Source of the DNA: Monocercomonoides exilis PA203
Taxonomy: Eukaryota; Protista; Preaxostyla
Assembly: GCA_001643675.2 (NCBI GenBank)
Contig: LSRY02000029.1
Coordinates: 248,001 to 312,000 of the forward strand
Direction of reading: 5' to 3'
Length of the DNA stretch: 64,000 nucleotides
Part shown: piece after piece, positions 1 to 11,799 of the stretch
Numbering within the stretch: position 1 is the first letter of the stretch
Layout: every line of letters begins with the position of its first letter
Program-made: the position numbers and the translations under genes
The notes under the pieces: generated by a model
Told to the model about the DNA's origin: nothing
The model's database searches: none
Seen by the model: the letters and a program-made list of their open reading frames with translations, nothing else

Positions 1-1
1 C

Positions 2-3000
2 GCCAGCGTCTTATTTGACAGCAGCTGCAGAGGCAGCTGCAACCGCTCTATCTCCCAATCTTTCTGCCAGAACACGTCAGCGCTGCTAATGATAGCCGAG
101 GCGGCGTCTGTCTCGTCCATCATCCGCTCGCTCAAAGAGAACATCAGCCACAAGGAGTTCCAGGACTATGCGACATTTGTGGCGCAGGGCATTGGCTCGA
201 CCGAAGCGTCAAGGCCTCATTCAACACAATATTCTATGAGTGATGCAAGCAACTCGACAACAGCAACAACAACAATTGAACAATCAAAGAAAACAGAAGG
301 TAGTTCTAATGCAACATCAACTTCTTCTTCTTCTTCTTCTTCTTCTTCTGAACAATTCTCGGCACAGGAAATCAGCCCACAACGCCCTCTCCGCACGTGG
401 CTTTCCATGTTTGTGTCCACCGTAGAGATGAAGGGGAGTGCTTTGAAAGCTGTTCTTTCCGGCTCGTTCTCTGAAATCTCCCCGACTCGCATCGTATCTC
501 CGCAGCAGGCGCTGTTTGAGAAGATGATTGTGTTTGTGCACAGGCTGACGACGACCACACCGAAAAAAATGAAAGAGTACATCACAACACTCCTATTGGC
601 CAATTTTGTCGCGAACAACATTTCTTCTCACTGTGACATTGCATCTCAGACTTCCCTGCTGAAACAGCTGAAACATCTGACTCCAACAAAGACACATGCG
701 GCTGATCCGAGCAAGTTTGAGCTGGAGTCAACGCTTGCCTCGCTGGATGCAGCAGACATCACACACTCCTTCGCCTGCAGCCCCACTGGCAGCCTTTCCA
801 TCCGTACGTATCTCTCCTTGCACAGCACAATGTTCCTGGTTACAGCTCTCTTCCCTGTCTCGTTCTTCATCATGCGCCCGTTCTCGAAAGCAGACTTCTT
901 CCCGTTCCACTGCACCCCCTTTCCTGCGGAGCATCTGCATGCGGTTGTGCGCTCGTTGAACACCACGTTTGGGCTGCTGATTGCAGCTGGCGCGCAAACA
1001 CTGGAGCCAATTCTGACGCTGCACGAAGTATCAAGGGTGAATCGTGATCCGTTTGTTACGTGTGCAATCTCGGATTTTGGAAGGCGTTGCGACAATTTGC
1101 AAGAAAAGGCGGTGAACGAATCGAATGATGAAACAGAAAACAAAGCCAATGATGATGGTAAGCAAAAGGATGATTCTGTTCCATCGACCCATCCGTCTAC
1201 AGCAAGTGCAACGTCACCACTAACAATTTCGCAAACGCAGGAACTTCCAAAAACTGCATCATCAAATCCATTTTTGGACTTTATTCCTCCTCGCCCCACG
1301 CAATATTTCCCAGCATCATCTGAGTCGTCAGCAAATCCCAATGAAAACACCAAAAACACTTTGTCTTGCTGGTTTCTCGATCTGTCAAAGATCCATCCAG
1401 ATCTCTTTTCTGAGCAGAAAGCGCGCGAAACACTGTGCGAAATGGCGAAGAAACGAGGAAATTTCGTGTGCAAATGCGGAGAAGAGCTGACACACAACAA
1501 AAATGTGGATTTGACCTGTCTTCTGTCGACAATCATTCCTCCACCGTTCATCCAATTTGGGACAAAACAGACGCAAGATATCGAAAGCCCACTGAACAAG
1601 ACGAGTTTTTTTGATCTGAGCAAGGCAAAACAAGAGCACTGGACTCCTAACGCTGCTACGCCACTGGACATGGTGAATGCTATTGTGCATCCTTCGCTTT
1701 CGTCGCTTGTGTGTCAGAGAGAAAAAAGCAATGGAAAAGAAAAAGACACTCAAAACGGATCGAATGCAGCAAAGGAAAGAAACAAGAACAGCGACAGACA
1801 GAAGAGAGACGACGGAGTGCAGTTCCCAACGATGCTCCGTTTTCCTCTCCAGTTCCTCCACAATGTTGTGCGGTTTGTGCAAGAAAACCCATTCGATCCT
1901 TCCTCTTCCTCTTCCTCTTCCTCCTCAGCATTTGCATCTGCATCTTCAACAACATCAGCTCAGCCTCCTTCAACATCAAATGAGATTAATTTTTTGTCCT
2001 CTTCCAGGCTGAAAGCCGAAGTGGCACAGCTGTTTTCCTCGCTTTCGATGGACTGCAGCACGTTCGTGGGCCAAATCCAGCAGCCTGATTTTCCTCCTTC
2101 CCTCACTATGGATGCAGTAACCACTGGTTCCTATCCAGTGCAGACCGCCTGCTATTACTTAGTCGCTGTGTCAAGTGTAGCTCTGTTGCTGCTCAGCTTC
2201 CGCTTCTATGCGGGGGCGCTTGTGGTGTCGAACGAGATTATGCGGTTGTGTCTCATTGAAATCATCAATCGCGGGCTGCTGATCTTCCGCTCGGGGTCGT
2301 TGATGAATTATCCGCTTGTGTTTATCTCGACTGTTTACTCCTATCTGCTCAGAAGGCACCCGACACACATTAAACAGAAAGCGAATGTGTCATCAGTATC
2401 AACATCTTCGTCATCGTCATCATCTCCATCATCGGAAACAAAGGCAAAAGTTGACATTCCATATAATTCATCGAATTCATCGGATGGAAAAACAGAGGTG
2501 AAATCAAAGGGAAAATCAGAAGAAAATCCAGATGATGAGCTTATATATCTCGTTGATGATGAGGTTCTGTTGCGAGAGTCCTTCCGAAACTACTTTCTGC
2601 TCTGTCAGCTGTCAAACTTGCTGAAAAAGGAAGTCATCCCGCCTCCTTCTCTCATGTCTGCTTTCTCTTTCTTCACTGAACTCTCTTCTTCAAATTCTTC
2701 AAATTCTTCAAATTCTTCCTCCTCCTCTTCAACTGCACCGAAGTTTCTTACTCCCTTGTTCATCCGTACTGTGCAGGTGTACTTACAGCACAAGGAGCAT
2801 TCGTGTTTGCTGAGTGACTTGTTCGCATCAGAGTATGTGGAAGTTACACAAGAGAACAGCAACAACTTGTATGCCATCCACATGAGCAATGCGAAAGTGT
2901 TTGGGGAAAGCACAAACTCGTTTGGAGAAGAGCTGTTGGATGCGATGCGCCTGTGGAGGAAGACGAAGAAGAAGGAGATGATTGAAGAGTTCAAAAGGAT

Positions 3001-4912
3001 GGGAGAAGAAGGTGAAGGAGAAGGAGAAGGAGAAGAAAGTGCGTCAAGTGGTGGAAAGCAAGCGATTGGGAAAGCGAAGCAGAAATTGCTTCAAATGGAC
3101 TCTCCAGAACATATTTCCTTTGAGAAGTTTGAGCAGAGATTGAAAGGAGTTGCAATTGCTGAGCAAGTTCTGGAAGAGCTATTTGACAAAAACAAAGACA
3201 AGAGCGAGAAGGAGAAGGGGGTTTCAGGGAAAGGGAAGAGTGAGCAAATGCTGATGGATGAAGAGGCCGGGAATGATATGTATCTGGAAGAGAAGGAGGC
3301 AGAGAGCGAAGACGAAAGAAGCGCCGAGTTAGACTTCAACGAAGATGACAGCGAAGAGAAAGGAGACGAAGATAAAGCGAAAGAAAGTGACAGCTCGTCT
3401 TTTCTATCTGATAATCTTGAAGACACACCACAAAACTTTCAAGGAGGTAAAAGAGGGGTAGGTGATGATGGCACTGTCGGTGCTATGAACAAGAAGCGGA
3501 AGAGGACACGGAAGGAAGCGCTTATGCACAGCACACCTAAATATCTCAGAAGAACAAAGAAGAAAAGAATGAGGGCAGACTTAATGAAAGAAGAAGATGG
3601 ATCTGGAGATGGCAGTGATAGCAATGATGACGATGACGCAACTCAAACAGATTTTGATTCGTCAGATGAAAGCGACAATTTTGCTGGGATTCCGAAGCTA
3701 TCACTCTATCCAAATGGCAGAGCACAATACTACAATGCCCTTGCATTAAAGAAAAAAGAGCAGAATTTGGACTCCAGTTTGCCGCCAAATAGAACTTATA
3801 CTTCTTCTTCATCTCCTTCATCATCTTCTCCTCTTCCTTCATCATCATCATTCGGAAATTCACTCCGTGACAGCTCACTCCAAGGCAAACCGTTGGAATA
3901 TCTCTCATACCCTCCTTCGATATGGCATGCTCCCACAGCTTATCCTTCCACCCCAAGTACTTTCATATCTGCCTATCAAATGCCCTATTCAGTCAAAACA
4001 TCAGAACCATCACAAATTCCTGAAGAACCGCCCTTTTCGTATTCTCCTTCGTTCTATTCAGATGCCCTGCGCTTTCCTTCTTCTCCTCCGCTTGCTCTGA
4101 TGCATCCCCCAATTTCTGAGAGGCCGCTCTCGCCTGCAATGTATTCGTATGCAACTAGTCTTTATGATGGCACGCCGATGCAACATCCACAGCAACTAAC
4201 ACAGCAAGCATCACTTTCTCGGCAGCAACAGCAACAGATGCAGCAGCAGCAACTGATTGTGCAATCTCAAACATCAGCGTTCTATCCCTCTTCGTATCCG
4301 GCTGCCATTTCTGCATCTATTTCTTCTTCTCCTTCATCTTCATCATCCTCCTCCTCTTCTTCTTCTTCTGTAGCTGATTCCTATTTGATGTCATATCCAA
4401 AAACAGCAGCGGCTCCCCAGGCGCCTTCAACATACTTTCAGGATTCCTTCCCTTCGCAGTCAGTAAAATACCCTGCAATGCCAGATTCTTACTCCTCCTC
4501 TCCTTCCCCTTTGCCTTCGCTCTCTTCTTTTGCACCGTCTTCCTCTCCTGTCTCTCCTTCGTCCTTTGAATCCTCTCTGTTTCTGACTTCTTTCACTCCT
4601 CCTCTTCCCACCTCTTCTGCTTTTGTCCCTCCCTCAAGCTCCATTCTTTCTCCTCTTTCTGGCAGTACGCCAAGTGCTTTGTCTTCCTTCGATTCATCTG
4701 GTGTTGGCAGCAACAATAGCAGCAATAGTATCAGCAGCAGCAATAGTAGCATCAGTAGCAATCCATTGCTGGGTGAAGGTTTCAATGATGATGACGATGA
4801 CTGGTTGCCTTCTGCAGCGCAGAGGGAGGTGGATGGTATGTCTGCAGTGAATGGGAACTTTCCAGAGGAGTTTGCGTCGATGTTCAGCACAGCGTTTGAA
4901 ATGAGCCTGTAA
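2..4912 (+). CDS. Large low-complexity (Ser/Glu/Gln/Pro-rich) hypothetical protein, probably 5'-partial
   Basis: 1607-aa ORF from ATG 89. The same frame is open back to position 2, so the gene may begin before the window. Ends TAA at 4912. No domain recognised. Confidence 0.8.
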   Translation, partial: ASVLFDSSCRGSCNRSISQSFCQNTSALLMIAEAASVSSIIRSLKENISHKEFQDYATFVAQGIGSTEASRPHSTQYSMSDASNSTTATTTIEQSKKTEGSSNATSTSSSSSSSSSEQFSAQEISPQRPLRTWLSMFVSTVEMKGSALKAVLSGSFSEISPTRIVSPQQALFEKMIVFVHRLTTTTPKKMKEYITTLLLANFVANNISSHCDIASQTSLLKQLKHLTPTKTHAADPSKFELESTLASLDAADITHSFACSPTGSLSIRTYLSLHSTMFLVTALFPVSFFIMRPFSKADFFPFHCTPFPAEHLHAVVRSLNTTFGLLIAAGAQTLEPILTLHEVSRVNRDPFVTCAISDFGRRCDNLQEKAVNESNDETENKANDDGKQKDDSVPSTHPSTASATSPLTISQTQELPKTASSNPFLDFIPPRPTQYFPASSESSANPNENTKNTLSCWFLDLSKIHPDLFSEQKARETLCEMAKKRGNFVCKCGEELTHNKNVDLTCLLSTIIPPPFIQFGTKQTQDIESPLNKTSFFDLSKAKQEHWTPNAATPLDMVNAIVHPSLSSLVCQREKSNGKEKDTQNGSNAAKERNKNSDRQKRDDGVQFPTMLRFPLQFLHNVVRFVQENPFDPSSSSSSSSSAFASASSTTSAQPPSTSNEINFLSSSRLKAEVAQLFSSLSMDCSTFVGQIQQPDFPPSLTMDAVTTGSYPVQTACYYLVAVSSVALLLLSFRFYAGALVVSNEIMRLCLIEIINRGLLIFRSGSLMNYPLVFISTVYSYLLRRHPTHIKQKANVSSVSTSSSSSSSPSSETKAKVDIPYNSSNSSDGKTEVKSKGKSEENPDDELIYLVDDEVLLRESFRNYFLLCQLSNLLKKEVIPPPSLMSAFSFFTELSSSNSSNSSNSSSSSSTAPKFLTPLFIRTVQVYLQHKEHSCLLSDLFASEYVEVTQENSNNLYAIHMSNAKVFGESTNSFGEELLDAMRLWRKTKKKEMIEEFKRMGEEGEGEGEGEESASSGGKQAIGKAKQKLLQMDSPEHISFEKFEQRLKGVAIAEQVLEELFDKNKDKSEKEKGVSGKGKSEQMLMDEEAGNDMYLEEKEAESEDERSAELDFNEDDSEEKGDEDKAKESDSSSFLSDNLEDTPQNFQGGKRGVGDDGTVGAMNKKRKRTRKEALMHSTPKYLRRTKKKRMRADLMKEEDGSGDGSDSNDDDDATQTDFDSSDESDNFAGIPKLSLYPNGRAQYYNALALKKKEQNLDSSLPPNRTYTSSSSPSSSSPLPSSSSFGNSLRDSSLQGKPLEYLSYPPSIWHAPTAYPSTPSTFISAYQMPYSVKTSEPSQIPEEPPFSYSPSFYSDALRFPSSPPLALMHPPISERPLSPAMYSYATSLYDGTPMQHPQQLTQQASLSRQQQQQMQQQQLIVQSQTSAFYPSSYPAAISASISSSPSSSSSSSSSSSSVADSYLMSYPKTAAAPQAPSTYFQDSFPSQSVKYPAMPDSYSSSPSPLPSLSSFAPSSSPVSPSSFESSLFLTSFTPPLPTSSAFVPPSSSILSPLSGSTPSALSSFDSSGVGSNNSSNSISSSNSSISSNPLLGEGFNDDDDDWLPSAAQREVDGMSAVNGNFPEEFASMFSTAFEMSL

Positions 4913-4975
4913 GATTTACTTGTTCTTCTTGCTTTGATTGTAAATGTACCCTTTTGAGATTGCCTTTTAAAGTGC

Positions 4976-5348
4976 TTTTCTCTCTCTCTCTCTCTATTTC
5001 TTTCTCTTTTTCTCTTTCTCTTTTTCTCTTTCTCTTTTTCTCTTTCTCTCTTTCTCTTTCTCTTTTTCTCTTTCTCTCTTTCTCTCTTTCTCTTTCTCTT
5101 TTTCTCTTTCTCTTTTTCTCTTTCTCTTTTTTCTTTCTTTTCTCTTTTTCTCTTTCTCTTCTTTCTCTTTCTCTTTTTCTCTTTCTCTCTTTCTCTTTCT
5201 CTTTTTCTCTTTCTCTTTTTCTCTTTCTCTTTTTCTCTTTCTCTTTTTCTCTTTCTCTTTTTCTCTTTCTCTTTTTCTCTTTCTCTCTTTCTCTTTCTCT
5301 CTTTCTCTTTCTCTTTTTCTCTTTCTCTCTTTCTCTTTCTTTTCTTTT
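4976..5348. repeat. Polypyrimidine microsatellite (TTTCTC/TTTTTC variants)
   Basis: About 370 bp made almost entirely of C and T in 6-mer units, just downstream of the first gene. Confidence 0.95.
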
Positions 5349-5831
5349 GATGTGATTGTTAGCGACGATTGATTGTTCCTACTTTAGCTGCTGTTCAAAA
5401 TGCATTTCGAATTCATTATCTTTCATATATTGTTCTTTTCTTTTCTTTTCTTTTTTTGTTTCTATTTTTGTGGCTTTTTTATACTCCTCCTCCCTTTAGC
5501 TAGATTAGTATTTATTAATTAATAAATTAGAAGGGAAAATTGTTTATTAATTTGTTTTATTTTGTAGAGATATCTGTAATTCTTCTCCTGATAATCTCTC
5601 TCATATTTTTTTTTTTTTTACATATAGCTCTTTTAGTTTCACAACGGTTGTGGTCACAATTTTGTTTCAAAAATAAAAATAGACTTGCAACGAAAAAAAG
5701 AAAAAAAAATTTTTTTTTGTGAAGTGGTTGAAATGGATTGCAAATGAAATGGTGGAATGACGAAATGACGAAATGGTGATATGTTTAGTGCGAAAGATAT
5801 GAAATGTGTGCAAAAATGGAGGATAATATGT

Positions 5832-8720
5832 TCAGGTCACATAATCAGCTGCCTTAATTTGATAAACTCCTCCTGGCTTTTTCAGAAGAATTCCATGGTG
5901 ATTCATAGTTTCAATCAATCTGTTCAGTTCTTTTGTGATTCCGATCCCTCTTGCCACATCCTGTATTTCCCTTGTAGACATCGTAGCTCTCCCTTGATTG
6001 TGCGATGCAGAATGCAGCGCCCTCGCCAGCCGCGTCACATCCTTCGAACGGCTCATGCCAGTCGCCCTTGAAATCTCCAGCAGCCCTGTCTCGTTCGCAA
6101 GGTTGTCATAAAGCGACTGCCGCATCATGTCAATCACATCCTGCGCATCGCTCGACGTAACTTCTTCTCTCAGCTCGCTTTTAGCCCGTGCTTCTGCCAG
6201 TCTTCTAAGTGACTCCAGCTGTCTGGCCGTCACAACAGCAGCATCAGAAGAATGATGGAGCCTTCGCAAATCCAAAAAGTACTCCCTCAGTTTTGTCACT
6301 GCCCCTTCTGTGAGTCGAGGATGGCAGTGTGCACGGGCATATGCAATGTACCTCCGAAGATGCTGGACAGGCACAGGATCAAATGTCGGAGCATCAATCA
6401 GAGATTTTGCAGCAAGCTGTGCTTGCGTCGAAGGAGGTGGGAGCAAAGCAAGGGAGCCACGGGTGTCTGTGTCTGAAGATGGCGCAGCTGTTGATTGAGA
6501 TGTGGATGGAACGGACAGATACTGGTGCTGTGACATTTGAGAACGAGGAGTTGGCATTTCAAAATTTAAAGACGGAGAAATGGGAGCAGACGCATAAGCT
6601 AAAGATTGACGTTCAGGCGTCTGTGAATACAACAACGAAACAGGCTGCGAAGAAGAAGAAGAAGGAAGCAGCACAACTTCTGGATCACGCTTGCCTTCGA
6701 GCCAATACTGGTCATCTTTCATCCGCTTGTGCTCCATTTCCTCTGCTGTATCAGCCCTCATCGCGTGCATTCGCACAAGATGCTCAGAAAGCTTCCTGTC
6801 CGTCTCTGCGTCTGGCTTGTCCATCATCACAAACACAAGATCGAAGCGAGACAGAATCATCGGAGACAGCCTCAGATTCTCACTCACTGTCTTCGATCGG
6901 TCGTAATGCCCTCCGCTTGGGTTGGCTGCAGCGAGCACAGAAGTCCTTGCAGACAGCGAGCATACAAGCCCTCCCTTCGCAATAGAAATAGACTGCTGCT
7001 CCATCGCTTCAAGAAGCGCCTGGTGCTCCTGCCCCATTTTGTCGAATTCGTCAATGCAGCAAGTTCCTCTGTCGCCCAAAATAAGAGCGCCAGCCTCCAA
7101 TGCGAAGTCTCCTCCTTCCTTCACAACAGTGACGGTAAGACCAGACGATGTCGATGTGTTTCCACCCACATACACACCCCGTGGAGTGGCAGTCGCAACA
7201 GCCCGAAGCATCTGACTTTTACCCATTCCCGGATCTCCCACAATAAGCATGTGAATGCTGCTCCTAACAGGAGTCGTAGACGTAAAAGCCGTTCTGCTCA
7301 AGCGCTCTCTTTCGCTCAATCCCATCTGCTGCCCTTGATTTCCTGCTCCTCCGTTTCCATTCGGTCCCAAAACAGCTGCAGAAAAGGAGTCAGCCAAAGC
7401 ATCTCTGCGAGAAGTATCGCTTCTGTCCGTGCCTCCAAACAGCGCCAGCAGAAAGCCTTGTTTGATGATCTGATGGCCATAGATGTTTGGTGCGAGTGAG
7501 TTTACTAAAAACTGGAAGAGATTCGGGCGATACACAATGCGGCGAATCAAGGCAGCATCGCGGGCTGTTGAAAAGGGAGTTGACTTCAGAGAAGCTGATG
7601 ATGCAGCAGACGTCCCAGCAGCAGAAGACGAAGAGCTAAAGTTGTCTGTAATTGCCATTCCATCTCTGGAAGTTGTAATGTTGTTGGCATAGATAAAGAT
7701 CAAGAACAATGTTGGTGGCTGTCGAACATTCTGAGAAGAGAAGTTTCCTCCTCTTCCTCTCCAACCCCGCCTGCCTCTCCCAAATCCTCTTTCATTTGCA
7801 AATCCTCCATTTCGAGGCGGACCTGCAGAGGTGATTCCTTCAGATTCTGCAGACACAATACGAGCAACTCCTGTGATGCAGGCAATATCTCCAGGCACGC
7901 AAGCACCAACAAGCTCTTCAGTAAGCTCGCATTCGATGGTACGTGGAATTCTACCGCTGTCTTTGAAATCTGTGATTATTTCCTGTATTCTGATTTTCTG
8001 CCAATCAACGGCAACTATCGATCGTCTGTCAGGATTAAAAATTTTTGAACGGCAGCCAGGTGTTGGGCAGGATTGTGGCATATCCCATCTCCCCTCGGGG
8101 AAAGGAAATTCAATTCGAGTTTCGCATCTCGCGCAAATAAAAGTTGCCTTTACAATTAATGGTCTTACAGGTCCTACTCTCACAACAGTTCCTTTAATAG
8201 AAACAAATTTATTGATAAAATTTGATTTCACATCGCGCAGGGGTGTTGGTCGATAATTAAATATTCGAAGTAAAACAGGCTCATCGCTATACGGGAGCAT
8301 TGGAATTCCGCTATATCGAAAAAGCACTTGATGAGCAGCAAGTCTCATTTGCCGTAAAACTTCTTCATGAAGAGTTTCGACTCTTGTCATAAAGTTTGAA
8401 ACTGCAATATTGCTTATAAGAGGAGAGTCTTGTGGAATTGTTTTAAGTACAGAAGCATCGAATGGAACAATATATTTTCCAATTGCATCATTCTTTAAAA
8501 AAAAGAATAAGAAATTTTATTTTATAAATATTTCAAAAATAAATGCATGACACATTCAAACCTGAACTGCAGGAGAAGCATATTTTGACTTAAAAAATTC
8601 AATCCAAGCATTAATTCCTGGGAAGAGATTTTGGAAATCTTCCGGTGGGCATCCATGAAAGTATAAGTCCCAACCAATGTACGGGCATGTAAATAATTGT
8701 TGCTGCTTTTCTTTTGGCAT
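5832..8720 (-). CDS. MCM8: DNA helicase MCM8 (exons 8720-8562 and 8492-5832; about 939 aa)
   Basis: MCM AAA+ motifs GDPGMGKS, CCIDEFDKM, LLEAMEQQ and SRFD, a zinc finger (CARC..CPTPGC), and TARQLESL. Exon 1 reads MPKEKQQQLFTCPYIGWDLYF, which carries the PYxGWxLYF motif typical of the MCM8 N-terminus. It joins in frame across a 69-nt GTTTGA..AAAG intron (8493-8561). Confidence 0.9.
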
Positions 8721-8903
8721 CAAAAGAATTTATCTTCCGATGTTTAAAAATATTTTTTTTTATTTTCTGGCACCCATTAATAAGGGGACATCCATTTGCA
8801 ATTTCATCTTGCTTTGGAAAATTGCGCAGGATAAAAGGAAAAATTCTTCATGCGATTTTTCAAAATTGTGAAAAATATTTGCCCATCATAAAATCTCCTT
8901 CTA

Positions 8904-9475
8904 ATGCGTGATTTTCTTTATTCTTCTTTTCGAGCTGATATTTTCGACCCACCTCTTTTGATATTGTTTGTTATAAATTGTTAATTTTTAATTCGTAATT
9001 AGGTTTTAGGCAAATCATCACAATTTTGTGTGGATGGTACTTTTGTCAGGGAATTGCATATTTGGGATTAGCTTTCCTATTCAAAAAACCAAATATAATC
9101 ACATTGCAAGATTTCATGCAGCATGATGATTTTTCATTTTCAACTCGAATTGGATGGATAAAAATTCTAACTTTATTGATTGGTTCTCTTCTGAGGTATT
9201 ACCAATTATTATTTGTTTCAGTACAATATTGTTTTATTAAAAGTTGTGGATTGTATCCTATTGTTGTTCAAAAGTCCAAAAAGTGTTGGGATTTCGCTAT
9301 ATCTGCATGTTTTTTGGATATAATAATTGCTCTTCCATTTGGTGGTTTTCCAACTTCTCCTTCTTGGTGGATAAGTCACTTAATCACCCTTTGCTTGCTT
9401 ATTTTAATTGCTGAATTTCTATGTGCATATTTTGAATCAAAGCCAATAAATGCACCAACTTTAAGACCAAGATGA
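8904..9475 (+). CDS. SYS1: Golgi trafficking membrane protein SYS1 (exons 8904-8965, 9010-9195, 9244-9475; about 159 aa)
   Basis: Spliced product contains FRADIFDPPLLILQII, KKCWDFA, FPTSPSWW and AEFLC..ESKPI, matching Sys1-family motifs. Predicted introns 8966-9009 and 9196-9243. Confidence 0.8.
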
Positions 9476-9723
9476 ACGACTGTCAATCTTGAGATGTGTG
9501 TTTTAAGAAGATGTTGCTTGCTTCGAAAAATTGAACAAATATCGATTCTAACTTAAAAACTCAATTTTTTGTATTTTTTCAAAAATTTGATTCTGTGTAT
9601 AAATTCTTAAGAAACAATGAAATGTACAAATTTTTTATTTTTTGATGCAGTTCACATTTTCATTTTTTAAAAAAAAAATTTCTTTTATAAAAACACAGTA
9701 AATTTTTGAATGCCAAAAAGAAC

Positions 9724-9796
9724 TGCCTAGTGCAGGGCTCGAACCTGCGACCGTTGCCTTATTAGAGCAACGCTCTACCGACTGAGCTAACCAGGC
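9724..9796 (-). tRNA. tRNA-Ile (AAU)
   Basis: Reverse complement GCCTGGTTAGCTCAGTCGGTAGAGCGTTGCT-CTAATAA-GGCAACGGTCGCAGGTTCGAGCCCTGCACTAGGCA folds into a full cloverleaf with anticodon AAT. Confidence 0.95.
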
Positions 9797-10499
9797 TTGT
9801 TGATGGGGGAATTTTTTCAATAAATTATATGGTTTCAATATTATTTGAAACACACATTTTTTTACTAAATAATTCATTCTAATAATTTATTTTTACTGTA
9901 ATCATTTCGTTTCTCAAATACAGTAAAGCTTCTTCAAATGTTTATTTTTTATTTTTCAAACATGACTATCATCATTCAAAATTCCACATAGAAGAATCAA
10001 ACTCTTTGAGGAGTTGTCATAATTTAATCCCTTTGAAACACTGCACGTTCTGTAACAAACGATAACGCAAACAAAATTTCAATAATTTGAAATATTTTTT
10101 TCGTGTTGTTTTTAAGTTTTGTAATGTTTTGCTCATTCTGCTTGCATGTATTTTTCTTATTCACGCTTCCAATGAAAATATAAATACAATAACAAAAAAT
10201 TCTTTCTCTGTTCAATTGTCACAAAAGGATCTTTTCGAACAACAATGAAATTTGCACCTCATTTTTTTGAAAAGAGTCTTGTAGTAATTTTTTCTTAGCT
10301 TTTGTAAATTTTGCAAAAAGCATATAAAGCAAGCCTCAAAATAAATATCTTATTCATTGTTTTTCATCTGTAAAAATAATTAATGGGAGGAAATAAAAAA
10401 ATTATCCTCAAATTAAAAAAAAACTCATTTCATTCTTCATCTTGTTCAAGAATACATTTTCTGAAAAATTTTTCCTAATTATCTAAAAGAAAAAAAAAT

Positions 10500-10581
10500 C
10501 GACAAGGATGGGATTTGAACCCATGCTCCCAAAGGGAATTAACTTAGCAGGCTAACGCCTTAACCACTCGGCCACCTTGTC
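10500..10581 (-). tRNA. tRNA-Ser (GCU)
   Basis: Reverse complement has acceptor stem GACAAGG/CCTTGTC, anticodon arm TTAGC-CTGCTAA-GTTAA, a long variable arm, and T-loop TTCAAAT. Confidence 0.95.
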
Positions 10582-10815
10582 AGAAAAGAGGATTTCAAAA
10601 TTATCATGCAGACTTGCCTAAATATGAAAAAGAAAAATGATAAAAGTTTTATTTGATAAAAAAAATTATTTATTTTACCTTTGAGATTCTCTTAAAAGTG
10701 TGATTATTGCTTTCAGCATAACATTTTTCTGTGAATAGTTTTTGGATAGGTCTTTTGTTATTTCTTTTAAAGTCATCAAAAGATTAGAAAAGAAGATTAA
10801 GTTGTGATAATACGT

Positions 10816-11067
10816 GGCAAGTGGAGTAGATCCTGGTACCAAGGTGATCCCACCCACTATTTATATCATTTTCATTTTGAAAATCTCTTCTAGGGTTAAC
10901 CCTAACCCTAAATTTGCTCTGTAAAACCCTAAACCATCACACTATCCAATATGAAATTGTTTAACTCTTCAAAACCCTAAAACCTAATATGCACAATAAG
11001 AATAAATAACAGAATATTAATAATTAAGGGAGTTGATCATGAGGTACCAGGATCTTCTCCATTTGCC
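10816..11067. mobile_element. MITE family A copy 1 (252 bp, GGCAA termini, 8-bp TSD, internal telomere-like repeats)
   Basis: TIRs ggcaagtggagtagatcctggtacc / ggtaccaggatcttctccatttgcc. Perfect TSD taatacgt at 10808-10815 and 11068-11075. Homologous copy at 43637-43888. Confidence 0.9.
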
Positions 11068-11100
11068 TAATACGTTGATGTTTCTTTTCAATCAGTATAA

Positions 11101-11550
11101 AATATGGGTGATTTTTTTTGATATCATCAAAAATTCCGACGTTTGATCAAAAAATTGTTTCATTAAGTGTGGGATTGATACGAGATTTTTTATTTGAAAT
11201 TACATTAAAATAAAGTGGGTGATTTTTTTTGATATCACAAAAAATTACGAAGTTTGATCATTATAATTTTTTATTAAGGGTGGGGTTTATTAGAAAATTT
11301 TAATTAATATTTTGATAAAAATATAGTTTAATATATTATCATTATTAATTATTTGTTGTTTTTAATTTGTTTCCAATTTATTTTATTACAAATATCATAA
11401 AATAAAAATAATTTCAAAAAAAAAACTCGAAAATTCAATAAACATTATAAAACATAAGTTATCTTGTTTGAGAAGCATGATAATGATTGTTTCAATACTC
11501 AATAAATCAATTTCTTAAATGAAGAATGTTAAATGATGTTATTGAAAAGA
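11101..11550. repeat. AT-rich dispersed repeat with GGGTGATTTTTTTTGATATCA motifs (tandem ~111-bp duplication plus a segment shared with 34788-35015)
   Basis: The motif occurs at about 11106 and 11217. The downstream sequence aligns by eye with the region from 34788. Confidence 0.65.
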
Positions 11551-11799
11551 AATTTCAAAATAGATGTTGAAGATCCAAATAAATATGTTGAAAAAAACAA
11601 TTATCGAAAACACAAAAACAAAAATATGATTGTTATGCAGGATATTTCACAAGAAATTCACAGTTTGCAGTTTATTTCGATTTTAAAACAAATAATGCAA
11701 AAAAGAACTTTTGTTGATTTATTCGTCAAAAGAAGTGACAGATGATAATAAAAAAAAAATCACTATTTAAAAAATTGAACAATACAATTTGTGAATTTT

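Noticed and set aside
4954-5355. 133-aa Phe/Ser/Leu ORF
   Set aside because: It is a translation of the CT microsatellite.
9724-9796. 5' half resembles tRNA-Lys, hinting at an anticodon switch
   Set aside because: The anticodon loop CTAATAA and discriminator A are normal for tRNA-Ile(AAU); the similarity is limited to the generic A-box.
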